A stretch of DNA of 63,871 nt, counting the filler, from Octopus bimaculoides (lineage: Eukaryota), in the NCBI RefSeq assembly GCF_001194135.2. It is 7 parts of 7 records of this genome, joined end to end, with 100 filler letters (N's around TTAATTAATTAA, not from the genome) between each part and the next. Parts side by side here need not be neighbours in the genome. Positions count along the whole stretch, not along the records: positions 17,233 to 30,784 come from NC_068991.1; positions 30,885 to 34,819 come from NC_069002.1; positions 34,920 to 47,039 come from NC_068993.1; 4 more parts are not named here. One strand, written 5' to 3'. How positions within the stretch are numbered: the first letter of the stretch is position 1; every line of letters starts with the position of its first letter. Positions 24,791-38,350 of this stretch are shown piece after piece. The notes beneath the pieces were generated by a model. It was not told the DNA's origin. It was given only the letters and a program-made list of their open reading frames with translations, and ran no database searches. The position numbers were made by a program, and so were the translations under genes.

Positions 24791-25295
24791 TAATATAATT
24801 ATCATTTTAGCGTGTGCACCTATTTCGTGCAGACTGTACTCTGCGAACCGTGTCTGCAACCTAGTTTCGATTCCCAATGGAATTCTCTACCCATACGATG
24901 CTAATTCCTCCTGGGAAAACACCTCGATGTCAACAACAGTTCTCCCAGCAACATTCTTTGTCATAAATAAATCACAGAAGCTGTCGGTCGCTCCTTTATA
25001 AAACATTAAACGGTGGTTGAATTAACAATACCATACCAGATGACAATGATTTTGGATGAGTTACTTACTTGCCATAATTTACGTTCGAATTTCGAGTCCC
25101 AGCAATGTTCGCTGTGCCCTCCAACCTACCGTGGGTTATAGATAAAACAAAGGAAGATTTCGCTGAGTCTTTAGCGTTGGCCCTTTGCACTTTGAGTTCA
25201 AATAACGCCATTGCTAATATTGTCTTTTGTCCTTTAGAGATCGATAAATAAGTTATCCGTTCTATTGTGGCTTTTTTCTTCTCTCTTTCTACCAG

Positions 25296-25646
25296 GTTTA
25301 AAATGCCAAAGAATGTTTCGATGATGGCCTTATAATTCTACCAGATGTTAAACCTTTCTTAAAACAGAGTACCAGGGCTATGATCAGGGATATTGCAAAC
25401 TGTGTCTTACTTATCTGACCTCGATAAATCCTCTTGGAAAGCATATTCTTTTGAAAGACAGAAAAAGCTATGAAAAAGAAAAAGAAAACCTCATGTGCCT
25501 TTTTGCTTATGACGCATATCATCTGGAATATTTGTCTCGAGATGTGTTCGAGTGTTAGACTTTATAACAATATTACTTATGGAACGATATTGGAAATATA
25601 ATCGGGATCTCCTATATTATAATGGAGAAAGCTGCTTATTAATTAG
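25296..25646 (+). pseudogene. Possible decayed zinc-finger (matrin/U1-like) pseudo-exon
   Basis: Open stretch TEYQGYDQGYCKLCLTYLTSINPLGKHILLKDRKSYEKEKENL (C-x2-C-x12-H); strong acceptor ctctctttctaccag at 25295 and donor AG|gtatgt at ~25646; stops in all frames. Confidence 0.25.
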
Positions 25647-25889
25647 GTATGTTCCAGTTCCCTAAATTAAAGGAATTATTAAAGGCTCGACCGCCTGGAG
25701 ATTTATAAATTCATATTCCAAGAAATTTCATGTAATTTCGATTTTTGAATTCTATTAGATAAGTTTATTAACTACAAGTTTTTCCCAAATTTAAATATTC
25801 GTTGCATTCACTGCGGAGTAGATTTTAATATTTAAGAAACAATATTAATTCGTTGCAGGCGAATTTTCCGTTTTCATTAGTAACAATCT

Positions 25890-25934
<45 letters not shown>

Positions 25935-26769
25935 TTTCATTAATATTAATTTAATACATATTAATTTAAATGCTTTCATTTCAAGTATTGATTCACTACT
26001 TGCAAAACTCACAGTTTATTCTATATACGTAATGTATAAACATTTATTGAATGAATGCTATTAGACAAAATAGCTGTATAACTTTGACACAAGGCAAAAT
26101 TTCAAAAATAATAAGTTTCTGGAGTTTGTTAAATGAATATTTTTGATAAAATGAATTTTTTTTAATATACCAGTATAATTAAAAATAAAAGAAAACAATT
26201 ATGAAGGGATTTTGTTGGTATGGCTGTTTGGAACGCTATAAGCCTTACAACAATAGCTATGTGATCACTGCTATTTCTAACATGCTAAACGTAGTTGTGT
26301 TACCTTGAAGTTTGTTTAATTTAGAAATATATTACAACTACAATAAATTACTGAAAGAAATATTTACCAAGAAAGTGAGATTTTTTATAAATTGAAGTTT
26401 TCAGGAAATTTTACTTTCTAAACTTCCTTTTATTATTGAATATTTCAAGTTCTCAAATTTAAATATTTCAATTTTTCATTTCATGTTTATTTCATTCATT
26501 GTTTGCAATGTTCTCTCTCTCTTTCACTCTCTCCCTCCCCTCTCTCTCTCTCTCATACACACACACGTGTGACTTATTTCCTTTCCGTTGTTATCTAAGA
26601 ATTATCATGTGAATTTGTTACTATGGTTTTTTGATGCGTTATATGTATTCAGATAACTCTATGTGATCGCTACTATTTTTTGCACACTAAACGTAGTTGG
26701 ACTACCTTGATATTTTTTTTAAAAAAGCGATTATGACTGTGATAAAATAATGATGGCAATATTTACTAA

Positions 26770-27120
26770 GCAAGTGACCATAGTACTGAGGCAAGGAAAT
26801 CAGGTATGAATGTATAGACAAAAAGAATCAAACAGTGTAAGGTTATAAACTTAGTAATGCCATATGAAACACATCAGATATAAAAAGAACTTGAAAGAAA
26901 AAAATGTGAAATATCAGGGCCTAACCAGAGGAATGAAAAGATCGTGGGTAACTAAGATAACATTTATTCTTTTAGTAATTGATGCGTTTCAAAGAATAAC
27001 TAAATTGCTAGCTAAGAGACTGAAAGATATTGCTATTCAGACTCATTTATGTCGTCGTACAAGAAAGTGAACGCATGTATACTGCAAGAACCCCAAGAAA
27101 GATCCTTGAGATTTAAGGAT
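26770..27120 (+). mobile_element. R4/Dong-like LINE 3' remnant
   Basis: KYQGLTRGMKRSWVTKITFILLVIDAF...KRLKDIAI matches the RLE C-terminus; followed by CAA/TAA repeats. Confidence 0.7.
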
Positions 27121-27189
27121 ACAATGATAATAATAGCACCACTACCACCATCACCACCACCACCACCAACAACAACAACAATAATATGT

Positions 27190-27835
<646 letters not shown>

Positions 27836-27837
27836 AA

Positions 27838-27890
<53 letters not shown>

Positions 27891-27929
27891 AAAACAATAA
27901 TTTCTTTCATTAGCCACTGTGGCATAGAT

Positions 27930-28810
27930 GAGGGGGACATCAGGAGGAAAGACAATTTGTGTGGAGATTTACACGACGGATGAGTAGAAAGAAATGGAAA
28001 ATACTGTTAAATGTGATAAAAGTATACATATTCAACCAAGTATGTGATAACATTAATAATGCAGTCCTTCTGATACCGAAATAATTCAAACTAAAGTCAA
28101 TGAAGGAAATCCACAGGTTCAGGATTATCCTGACCACCAAAGGTACGAGCTATCTCTCATGGTCTCCAATCTACAGGCTCAAGCTTAGAGTAGGGCCATT
28201 CATTCCAACTATTTTTGCCAGTTACCCATCTCTTCACAAATTTATTAAGAGGCAGTGCTTCACACTCCACCCTCACTTACCTTTCCAAGTGGGACTTAAA
28301 ATAAGTCATTAAGTCTTCACGGAAGAGGAGTGTGTCTTTCACAATCCTTTCAGCTATGTCCACCACAAAACCTCTTTCACCATCGCCACTAGAGGGAGGG
28401 ATACCGCATGCCCCGATTTGTCAAATGTAGGTAGTAGGGTGATCCAAATGATCAATTAAGCCGATAGTCGTATTCGATAACAGCTATTCTCATAACTCTA
28501 CAAGGAAGCAATCCTTGGACACGGGTGCGTGCTCAACGGTTTCGTCGCACTGTGATCCTTTCGGATAGTCCCACTTGGCAGCGCTCCGTACCTGCAGAGT
28601 TTATCTTGAACTGGTAGTGATCCTAGGAAGCACTGGCAGGCCGAAGATTACTCGAAGTTAACCATGGTAATACTGAAACCGATAATCTTCCGAAATAGTC
28701 CAGCGAGTTCATCGCCGATATATTGAGTTTTCTCTGAGAACGCCATTGCTCTAAACCACTACTAGATATCTATACATTGCTAACATAGAACTTCTGCTGA
28801 CCGAATAACC
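27930..28810 (-). mobile_element. Tx1/L1-clade LINE ORF2 C-terminal remnant with 3' UTR
   Basis: Minus strand RYGALP...CPR...VKEVLWWT*LKG...EDLMTYFKSHLER*VRVECEALPLNKFVKRWV...GPTLS. Confidence 0.75.
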
Positions 28811-28859
28811 CGACTAGTAGAGAGCAGTGAGCGCCTGACGCTATTCCAGATGCCAAACG

Positions 28860-29110
28860 CCTAAAGATTAAAAAGCATACAAATACATAACCAAAGCACC
28901 CGGAATTACGAATACATATAACATACAGAAAATAGAACTACTACGCACCGCACACATCCTACTTTTAATACAGTAAAAATAACTTTTAATACAGTGAAAA
29001 TAACTTTCAATACAGTGAAAATAACAACTCCAAAACAAACGACAGCACATACACTAAGGGACACAGAGTTGTGCTAGATAGCGCAGTGAAAGCATGTGAT
29101 AAAATAAGAC
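28860..29110 (+). mobile_element. R4/Dong-like LINE extreme 3' end with an internal 21-bp tandem repeat
   Basis: KYITKAPGITNTYNIQKIELLRTAHIL; cttttaatacagt(a/g)aaaataa x3; (AAT/GAT)n tail. Confidence 0.75.
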
Positions 29111-29768
29111 TATTGAACAATGACAGCAATGATAATAATAATAATTTTGTTAATGATAATGATAATGATGACGACGGTGACGGCGGTGACGACGACGACG
29201 ACAACGATGAAGATGATGATGATGATGATGATGATAATGATGACCAGACTCTATGAATATTTTATTAAGCTCGGATATCAAAAGTGACGGGACAATAGGG
29301 ATTGAAAAATGTTAATGAGAAGAATTCTTTGAAAAGTTACACATTTTTCAAATATTTAGGAATGCCGTGTGAAGCCAATTTCTGTTAGAATTCCTTTTCG
29401 ACTGGTGTAGTTGTTGATGCTGTAGTCGTTGACGATGATCCCCTTGACAATTCCTATCGAGCAAGATCTATGATCAAAGAATATTCCAACCACGATCATC
29501 AAGATAATTTCGAATGTAGCTGGGCTTGTGAATCCTTAATAGTTTTATCTTTTAACTTTTNNNNNNNNNNNNNNNNNNNNNNNNNNNNNNNNNNNNNNNN
29601 NNNNNNNNNNNNNNNNNNNNNNNNNNNNNNNNNNNNNNNNNNNNNNNNNNNNNNNNNNNNNNNNNNNNNNNNNNNNNNNNNNNNNNNNNNNNNNNNNNNN
29701 NNNNNNNNNNNNNNNNNNNNNNNNNNNNNNNNNNNNNNNNNNNNNNNNNNNNNNNNNNNNNNNNNNNA

Positions 29769-30235
29769 CCTTGGGCAAGTGTCTTCTACTATAGCCTCGC
29801 GCCGACCAAAGCATTGTGAGTGGATTTGGTTGATGGAAACTGAAAGAAACCCGTCGTATACATGTATATATGTATGTGTGTGTGTGGGTGGGGGGTGTAT
29901 GTTTGTGTGTCTGTGTTCGTCCCCCAACATCGCTTGACAACCAATGCTGGTGTGATTACGTCCCCGTAACTTAGCAGTTCGGCAAGAAAGACCGATACAA
30001 TAAGTACTAGGCTTACAAAGAACAAGTCCTGGAGTCGATTTGCTCGACTAAAGGCGGTACTCCAGCATGGACGTAGTCAAATGACTGAAACAAGTAAAAG
30101 AGTAAAAAAGTAAAGCCTTGTATTCTTCTATAGGTCCCTTATGCCGAACCGCTAAGTTATGGGGACATAAACACACAAACACCGGTTGTCAAGCGGTGAT
30201 GGAGGACAATCACAGACACAAAAGCACACATTCTT
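29769..30235. mobile_element. SINE B (+, 29769-30110) tail-to-tail with a SINE B fragment (-, 30120-30235)
   Basis: Near-consensus copy with an internal (TA)(GT) microsatellite. Confidence 0.9.
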
Positions 30236-30569
30236 ATATATATATAACAAGTAAAGCAGCTAGTTTTAAAATCTCTGGCAGAGATAAAAGCAGTAAGTGT
30301 ACTGGAAAGTAATGTTTGTCGCCACTTCAACGTGGCTGTCCCGTAGGAACGAACGTTACTGCGATTTTTTAACCCCATGAGGACATTTCATCTAACTGGT
30401 TAACGATGCAACCTGCATCCGATATATCGCAAGCAAGGGAAAGAACACCTACCACCTTCTAGTGACAGGACCAGCAAACCAGCCTGCTTTCGGATCATTT
30501 GTGCCCTCCCTTGTCCGCTAGAGATGGCAGTAGTTCGCTCAAGTATTGAAAACGTTTCTATAAAACTAG

Positions 30570-30720
30570 TTTTTAAAAATCGACTAGCTAGTGGGGTCCA
30601 CCAGAATAAAATAGTAATCAAAGGGGTCCAAGCAACAAAATAGTAAATTGGAGATCCACAATAGTATTTTAGGGGCCCCTGAAAAAATGTTGCTTTAGAT
30701 GTATATATTGGTATGTATTG
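30570..30720. mobile_element. Possible hAT-type non-autonomous end fragment
   Basis: Repeated ggggtcc/ggagatcc/ggggccc subterminal motifs; no TIR pair found. Confidence 0.3.
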
Positions 30721-30884
30721 CAAGAAACAGCTAAGCTTCTTTCTCTAATATTATACATAGTTCAACCTGCACAAGTTAATGTGTNNNNNNNNNNNNNNNN
30801 NNNNNNNNNNNNNNNNNNNNNNNNNNNNTTAATTAATTAANNNNNNNNNNNNNNNNNNNNNNNNNNNNNNNNNNNNNNNNNNNN

Positions 30885-30927
<43 letters not shown>

Positions 30928-31689
30928 AAGTGGAAGTATGGATGGGCGTTTGTGAATTATATTTGAAGAATTGTAACACTTCTCCTCTAATTAATTACTG
31001 TGCAACATTTGTTGTTTCCCAGGTATTAATTAATCGCATGTAACCTTGACAAACACTCATCTATATAACGTTTAACAACGTAAACACAGTAAAGCAACCC
31101 ACAACATACACACACATGCACACACACACATACATACATACATACATACATACATACATCACACATTTACGAATAAACGTTTACATATATTTACTTAAGC
31201 ACACACATATGCATAGATACAGGTACAACCAGACAAATATTTACACGTATTTAGTCAACTACTCACGCACACACAATCATGAATTCAAATATAACTGCAA
31301 AACAGCTATTTTCTGTTATATTAAATATATCAAATATTTATTTCTACTTATCAAAGAATGTATGTATTTATGTCCTTGTCTTCTCCTTTTATCTCTCATC
31401 TCATATAATATATATATATATGTATACTCTTTTACTCTTTTATTTGTTTCAGTCTTTTGACTGTNNNNNNNNNNNNNNNNNNNNNNNNNNNNNNNNNNNN
31501 NNNNNNNNNNNNNNNNNNNNNNNNNNNNNNNNNNNNNNNNNNNNNNNNNNNNNNNNNNNNNNNNNNNNNNNNNNNNNNNNNNNNNNNNNNNNNNNNNNNN
31601 NNNNNNNNNNNNNNNNNNNNNNNNNNNNNNNNNNNNNNNNNNNNNNNNNNNNTATGCATAATATATATATATATATATATATATATACG

Positions 31690-32560
31690 CTACATAAGGA
31701 CCCCAAATTAAAGAAAATTTTACACGCTCATAAGATCATTAAAAACCACAAACAACCCAAATCACTAAAAAAGATCCTCACAAAGGCTAAATTATTTTCT
31801 AAAATAACGGACGCAAAAGTGAAGAAATGTGGTCGACCAAATTGCGCAACATGCCCAAGCCTTCTAAGAAGGATCAGAATTTCTTTTGAAAGAGGGACAA
31901 AAATTCAAAATCAAATCTGATTTTACTTGTGCCTTAGAAAACCTAATTTATGTTATAATATGCTCGGGCTAGCACCAAAACTACATAGGGTCCACGGGAT
32001 TATCGCTCAGACGCAGATTGAATCTGCACCGACTGCAGATTGCATTCCCAGAATACAGAATAATTCCTTTTAGTGCACACATTCAGAAATGCGCAAAGCA
32101 AATGCTACAATAATTTATAATGTTTCAATTCTATCAATGTGTCATTGAAACACCAACACAAGTTACATTAAATAAGGAAAGATACTTCATTGAAAAATAT
32201 AATGCAAAACTTAGCCCTTTCTAACATTTTTAGATAAGGAATCTTACCTTATTGAAAAGAATATAAAGCAAAACCTAACCACTTGTAACATTCTATTCTT
32301 TCTAAACCAACTCATGTTAAATTAATAAAACCTAGTCATTCCCAACATTTTCAATTATCTCCCTTATACTGAAAAATTCCCTGATTACCTTCCCCTGTCT
32401 GAAACTCTCATACTTCACTTCATAGCGAAGAGATGACACAATATCTGTAAAGAAATTTGAGAAATTTGAAAAGAAAATGCGAAACCAGTTATTTCTCCCA
32501 AAAACAATGTTACTTAACATAAAATTTTATATCATTTTCCTAACATAGTCATTTAAATAT
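31690..32560 (+). mobile_element. Penelope-like (Neptune-type) GIY-YIG endonuclease 3' fragment and 3' UTR
   Basis: KQPKSLKKILTKAK..KCGRPNCATCP..FKIKSDFTCALENLIYVIICSG*HQNYIGSTGLSLRRRLNLHR. Confidence 0.85.
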
Positions 32561-32830
32561 ATTCTTTAACCACACNNNNNNNNNNNNNNNNNNNNNNNNN
32601 NNNNNNNNNNNNNNNNNNNNNNNNNNNNNNNNNNNNNNNNNNNNNNNNNNNNNNNNNNNNNNNNNNNNNNNNNNNNNNNNNNNNNNNNNNNNNNNNNNNN
32701 NNNNNNNNNNNNNNNNNNNNNNNNNNNNNNNNNNNNNNNNNNNNNNNNNNNNNNNNNNNNNNNNNNNNNNNNNNNNNNNNNNNNNNNNNNNNNNNNNNNN
32801 NNNNNNNNNNNNNNNNNNNNNNNNNNNNNN

Positions 32831-32866
<36 letters not shown>

Positions 32867-33146
32867 CACATGTATGCATAGTTATATGCACAGATATATA
32901 CATAGATACATAGATACATACATACAGACATACATACAAATATACATACGTACATACATGCATACATACACACGTACGTACTTATGTATTTTCATACATA
33001 CGTACATATATAAATACATATCATATTGATATATGTGATGCAGAGATTGCGTATACAAAATGATACAACCATTTAAGACAAAATTGTACGTATGTCTATG
33101 TGCGTAGACAAGAACACCCACTCATACAGAGCTACATAGACATGCT

Positions 33147-33193
<47 letters not shown>

Positions 33194-34384
33194 ACATACA
33201 CACACACACACATGCACACACGCACACACACATTCTGTTTTGTACTAATACCGGAATTTCGTGATCATAATGAATTGTACTATCAGAATTTTTCTTATTT
33301 CATCGATATCCAATTGTTGAACGGATGTGTTATGGGCCATAAAGAATAAAATGCGCGTGTGTGTGTATGCGTGTTTGTGTTTATGTATATATATGTGTGT
33401 GTGTGTGTACATATATATACAAACAATAAACACACACACATACACACATATATATGTATATATATATATATGCATCTGACGATGCAAGCATACTGTTGGT
33501 ATTCTTTATATCGACACGATCATTAGATAGTTTATTATTTAATGGTGTTGGAAGCAAATATATACTATTCTAAGTCTTCTTATATACTTAATATTCAGTA
33601 ATCTGTATATCTACAGACGATCAGTTTCAGTGTATTGTGTTTCTTCAGTTTGCAGTACTAAAAGAAACGGAAGAGGTAGAAGGAGGATAAAGTAGAAGGT
33701 AAAGAAGGGTGAAAAGAGGAAAAAGAGGAAGAAGAGAACACGGAGAAAGAGGAGAAGAAGAAGAAGAAGAAGAACAACAACAACAACAACAGCAACTACA
33801 GCAACAGCAACAGCAACAAGAAAAAGAAGGAACAAATTAGAGAGAAAAAGCACAAACAGAACAAAAAGAAACGCTGAAGAATATATAAGATGGAAAATTG
33901 GAAAAGGGACGGCAAGAAGAAGAAGAAGAAGAAGAAGAAGAAGAAGAAGAAGAAGAAGAAGAAGAAGAAGAAGAAGAACAACAACAACAACAACAACAAC
34001 AACAAGAAATCGTGTGCCTAAAAGCGATTATTGGATTGATATAAGAAATGTAAGACCTTAGTTCGAATCAAGTGTACTTTTATGAAGGAAAGCAACTAGC
34101 GCCAGTCGTAAATCTAAACTGATCGAAACTTTACGTAGATAAGTAACAAGTAAATGTAAATCTCACCTTCATTGCCTCTGCAAAATCACAATTACCAACT
34201 GTTTTTTTTAGGATAATATTGCAATTTCGTTTCAGGTATAATCCCACTGCACCGCACTTTCGACACATGATCTCCACTATCGATAGGCATGAGCGCATTA
34301 ATACCCTTATGAGGGAATTTAGTGAAAGGAAACGGTGCAGAAGCCCTTTGTTTATATGAATGTATATACATACGTGCATATCTT

Positions 34385-34607
34385 CTTTTACTTGCTTTAG
34401 TCATTTGACTGCAGCCATGCTGGAGCACCGCCTTTAGTCGAGCAAGCACTTATTCTATCGGTTTGTTTTGCCGAACTGCTAGTTTACGGGGAAGTAAACA
34501 CACAAACATCGGTTATCAAGCGATGGTGGGGGACAAACAGATACATACACGAATGTATACATACATACATACATACATACATACACTCGCACGCGCGCAC
34601 ACACACG

Positions 34608-34646
<39 letters not shown>

Positions 34647-34819
34647 TTATATACGACGGGCTTCTAACAGTTTCCGTCTACCAGATCCAGTGGCAAGGTT
34701 CTGTTGGGCCTGAGGCTATAGCACAAGTGTCTTTTTGGTAAGAACTGTTTGACTGTTTGGTAAGAAGCTTGCTTGCCAATCACATGACTCCAGGTTCAGT
34801 CCCACTGCGTTGCACCTTG
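34385..34819. mobile_element. SINE B (-, 34385-34735) and SINE B head (+, 34745-34819)
   Basis: Family B motifs in both orientations. Confidence 0.8.
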
Positions 34820-34929
34820 NNNNNNNNNNNNNNNNNNNNNNNNNNNNNNNNNNNNNNNNNNNNTTAATTAATTAANNNNNNNNNNNNNNNNNNNNNNNNN
34901 NNNNNNNNNNNNNNNNNNNATTCAGATTT

Positions 34930-35555
34930 GTTTAATAATCCTTTCTTCTATGGGTGAAGGGGCTAGTCAATTACATCGACCCCAGTCCTTAGCTGGTAAT
35001 TATTAAATCAACCTCAAAATTATGAAAGGCAAAGTCGACTTCAGTGGAATTTGTATGCAAACGTAAGGACGAACGAAATGTTGCCAAGCATTTTTCCCGG
35101 AGTACTAACCATTCTGTCAGCTCTCCGCCTTGATTTCTGTTTTAATAATAACTGTTTCTAGCATAGGGTCAAGACCAGAATTTTGGGGAAGGGTTTAGTT
35201 TATTATATGGCTCCTAGTACTTCACTAGTACTTTATTCACCTCAATGAAATTTAAAGGCAATGTTGATTGCAAACAGAAATAAGTACCACAAAGCATTTT
35301 GTCAGACGCTCTATCGATTCTGCCAATCCACCACTCTTCGTTGCTGTAATAATGATTACTGTGTTAATTTAGACACAACACCAGCAATTTTGGGAGATGG
35401 AGGTAGTTGGTTGATCGACTCTAATTCTTGAATTCAATTCTCCGTTCCAAATGAGTAAACTGTCAATTGTACCTCGTCGGGATTTGAACACTGGACGTAA
35501 ATATCCAACACAACACCTTAAATCATCGTATTCAACCTCTATCGATTCTGCCAAG
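34930..35555 (-). mobile_element. Three tandem SINE A copies, increasingly decayed
   Basis: atgaaaggcaaagtcgacttcagtggaatttg etc. are the reverse complement of the family A core. Confidence 0.75.
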
Positions 35556-36360
35556 GTATCTCCCTACCCCGCTTCAGTACTAACGCTAATAAAATGGTTT
35601 TATTCTTAGATACACGTAGGTCATGACGTAACTGGGTAATGACATCAAAGTATTGATCTCTGATTGAGGTATACGGCCAAAATCGATGGCAATAATCGAT
35701 TGAGAGATGAGGTGAGGTTGGGTGAGCAGGTGAACAATTTTCATCGCATACAAACATAATAAAAAGAAAAATTGGAACACTTCTGACCTCACTAAAAACG
35801 ATTGTGATATAAAAGATATAAGAAAACAATAATTATATAAAGGAAATAAATATAAATCTCACTCAGAGACTAACGAAACACAATACAGCGAATACATAGA
35901 TCACACACTATCAACTACTAGTTCAGATACACACATACAGCGACTAACCGTCAAACATTACCTGTACACTAACACGCAAGAACATTAAAAAGTTCACTTC
36001 ACAAATGCGTGACCCTGGGTTCCCTCCTGATACATGGCAACTTGGCCAAGTATCTTCCGCAGTAAACTCAAGTTTACTGCGGAAGAAATATTTACATATA
36101 TATAATATAAATAATATACAAACATATGCATATATCCATACATATATGTACACACCTACATCTATTTGTATACATACATGCATATATGGGTACAGGACAT
36201 CAAAAAAAAAAAAACGTTAAACACAATGAGAAACTAAAACAAAGGCGAAAACAGAAAACGTACTGTTTTCGAACAACGAAAAAAACCCAAAAAGAGAAAC
36301 GAGGCATGCAACATAAAGGGTATAACCCTTCGTCAGTTGTCCCTGTTCCATTAACTCCGC

Positions 36361-36398
<38 letters not shown>

Positions 36399-36468
36399 TA
36401 TTAAACCTTGGGAGAGGCATTATGCCGGTAATAAACACACGCGCTGGTTCAGTCCTTTATTAATTTAT

Positions 36469-36610
36469 ATAGTTTTTTGTTAAATTATTTCATTGCACTC
36501 TTGCAATCTCTTCAGTAACTTGTCTCTCCACTTCCATTTATTTGGAAGTGGAGAGACAAGTTACTGAAGAGATTGCAAGAGTGCAATGAAATAATTTAAC
36601 AAAAAACTAT
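36469..36610. repeat. Perfect palindrome: 68-bp arms, 6-nt loop, ending at a gap
   Basis: Arm 36469-36536 is the exact reverse complement of 36543-36610; loop tttatt. Confidence 0.95.
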
Positions 36611-37174
36611 NNNNNNNNNNNNNNNNNNNNNNNNNNNNNNNNNNNNNNNNNNNNNNNNNNNNNNNNNNNNNNNNNNNNNNNNNNNNNNNNNNNNNNNNNN
36701 NNNNNNNNNNNNNNNNNNNNNNNNNNNNNNNNNNNNNNNNNNNNNNNNNNNNNNNNNNNNNNNNNNNNNNNNNNNNNNNNNNNNNNNNNNNNNNNNNNNN
36801 NNNNNNNNNNNNNNNNNNNNNNNNNNNNNNNNNNNNNNNNNNNNNNNNNNNNNNNNNNNNNNNNNNNNNNNNNNNNNNNNNNNNNNNNNNNNNNNNNNNN
36901 NNNNNNNNNNNNNNNNNNNNNNNNNNNNNNNNNNNNNNNNNNNNNNNNNNNNNNNNNNNNNNNNNNNNNNNNNNNNNNNNNNNNNNNNNNNNNNNNNNNN
37001 NNNNNNNNNNNNNNNNNNNNNNNNNNNNNNNNNNNNNNNNNNNNNNNNNNNNNNNNNNNNNNNNNNNNNNNNNNNNNNNNNNNNNNNNNNNNNNNNNNNN
37101 NNNNNNNNNNNNNNNNNNNNNNNNNNNNNNNNNNNNNNNNNNNNNNNNNNNNNNNNNNNNNNNNNNNNNNNNNN

Positions 37175-37207
<33 letters not shown>

Positions 37208-37214
37208 TTATTTT

Positions 37215-37440
37215 TATTTATTTATGTGTTTTAGCCAAGTGGCTGCGGTCATTGTAAATGCAAAAATAATACATATATACGACAGGCTTCTTTCAGTTTC
37301 TGTCTACCCTACCAAATCCACTCACAAGCCTTTGGTCGTCCCGAAGCTATAGTAGAAGACACTTGGCCAAGATACCACGTATTTGGACTGAACCCGGAAC
37401 CATGTGGTTGGTAAGCAAGCTACTTACCACACAGCCACTA
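37215..37440 (-). mobile_element. SINE B
   Basis: gactgaacccggaaccatgtggttggtaagcaagctacttaccacacagccac. Confidence 0.85.
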
Positions 37441-37851
37441 TATGTGTGTGTGTGTGTGTGTGTATGTGTGTGTGTACATATGCATATATGTGTCTGTTTG
37501 TATGTATGTATGTATGTCTATATATATAATTAAAAGGTGGTTAATTATAAATTAGAAACTAGAAGGCAAAATTAATAGAGATCACAAAAGCGACAGATGT
37601 ATGTATGTATATATGTATGTAAGTATATATNNNNNNNNNNNNNNNNNNNNNNNNNNNNNNNNNNNNNNNNNNNNNNNNNNNNNNNNNNNNNNNNNNNNNN
37701 NNNNNNNNNNNNNNNNNNNNNNNNNNNNNNNNNNNNNNNNNNNNNNNNNNNNNNNNNNNNNNNNNNNNNNNNNNNNNNNNNNNNNNNNNNNNNNNNNNNN
37801 NNNNNNNNNNNNNNNNNNNNNNNNNNNNNNNNNTATATATATATATATATA

Positions 37852-38313
37852 CAGTATACCCCCGCTTATTCGCGGTTCAGCATTCGCAGTTCCAGTTATT
37901 CGCAGAACTAATAATCGTTCGTCGAAACCACCGCATATTCGCGGAATCGTAAATATCGTCCGCGATTTTTTATGGCATTTTTCGTGGCAATATATACTTT
38001 ATCACACATTTTAACGCTAAATTTTTAATAATAATATACCGTATTTGCCCGTTTACTGGACGCCCCTTCATAGCTGAAGGGGCGTTTGATTAGAATAGCC
38101 GCGCATCACGTCGCTTGACCTTTTTAGATACAAGTACACTGTATCTTGTATCTCTTATTCCTGCTTTCAATTAAAGCTTGCTAATTAGTATAGCGACTAC
38201 CAGCGCTTTTTTAAAAAATCATTTGCTACATTTGATCATGCGCATTGTTTACTTCAACAGGATAAATTTTAAGGTCCTGAGCCATTATAGCATCATTGAA
38301 ATTAGGTTACTTG

Positions 38314-38350
<37 letters not shown>

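Noticed and set aside
30300-30560. Possible RLE-LINE C-terminal fragment on the minus strand
   Set aside because: Motifs only weakly recoverable by eye
34167-34177. 11-nt minus-strand segment between ttttgcag and gtgaga
   Set aside because: Not a multiple of three, next to a decayed SINE and plausible by chance
36410-36450. ggcat-t-atgcc stem with hammerhead-like spacing
   Set aside because: Neither CUGANGA nor GAAA is present
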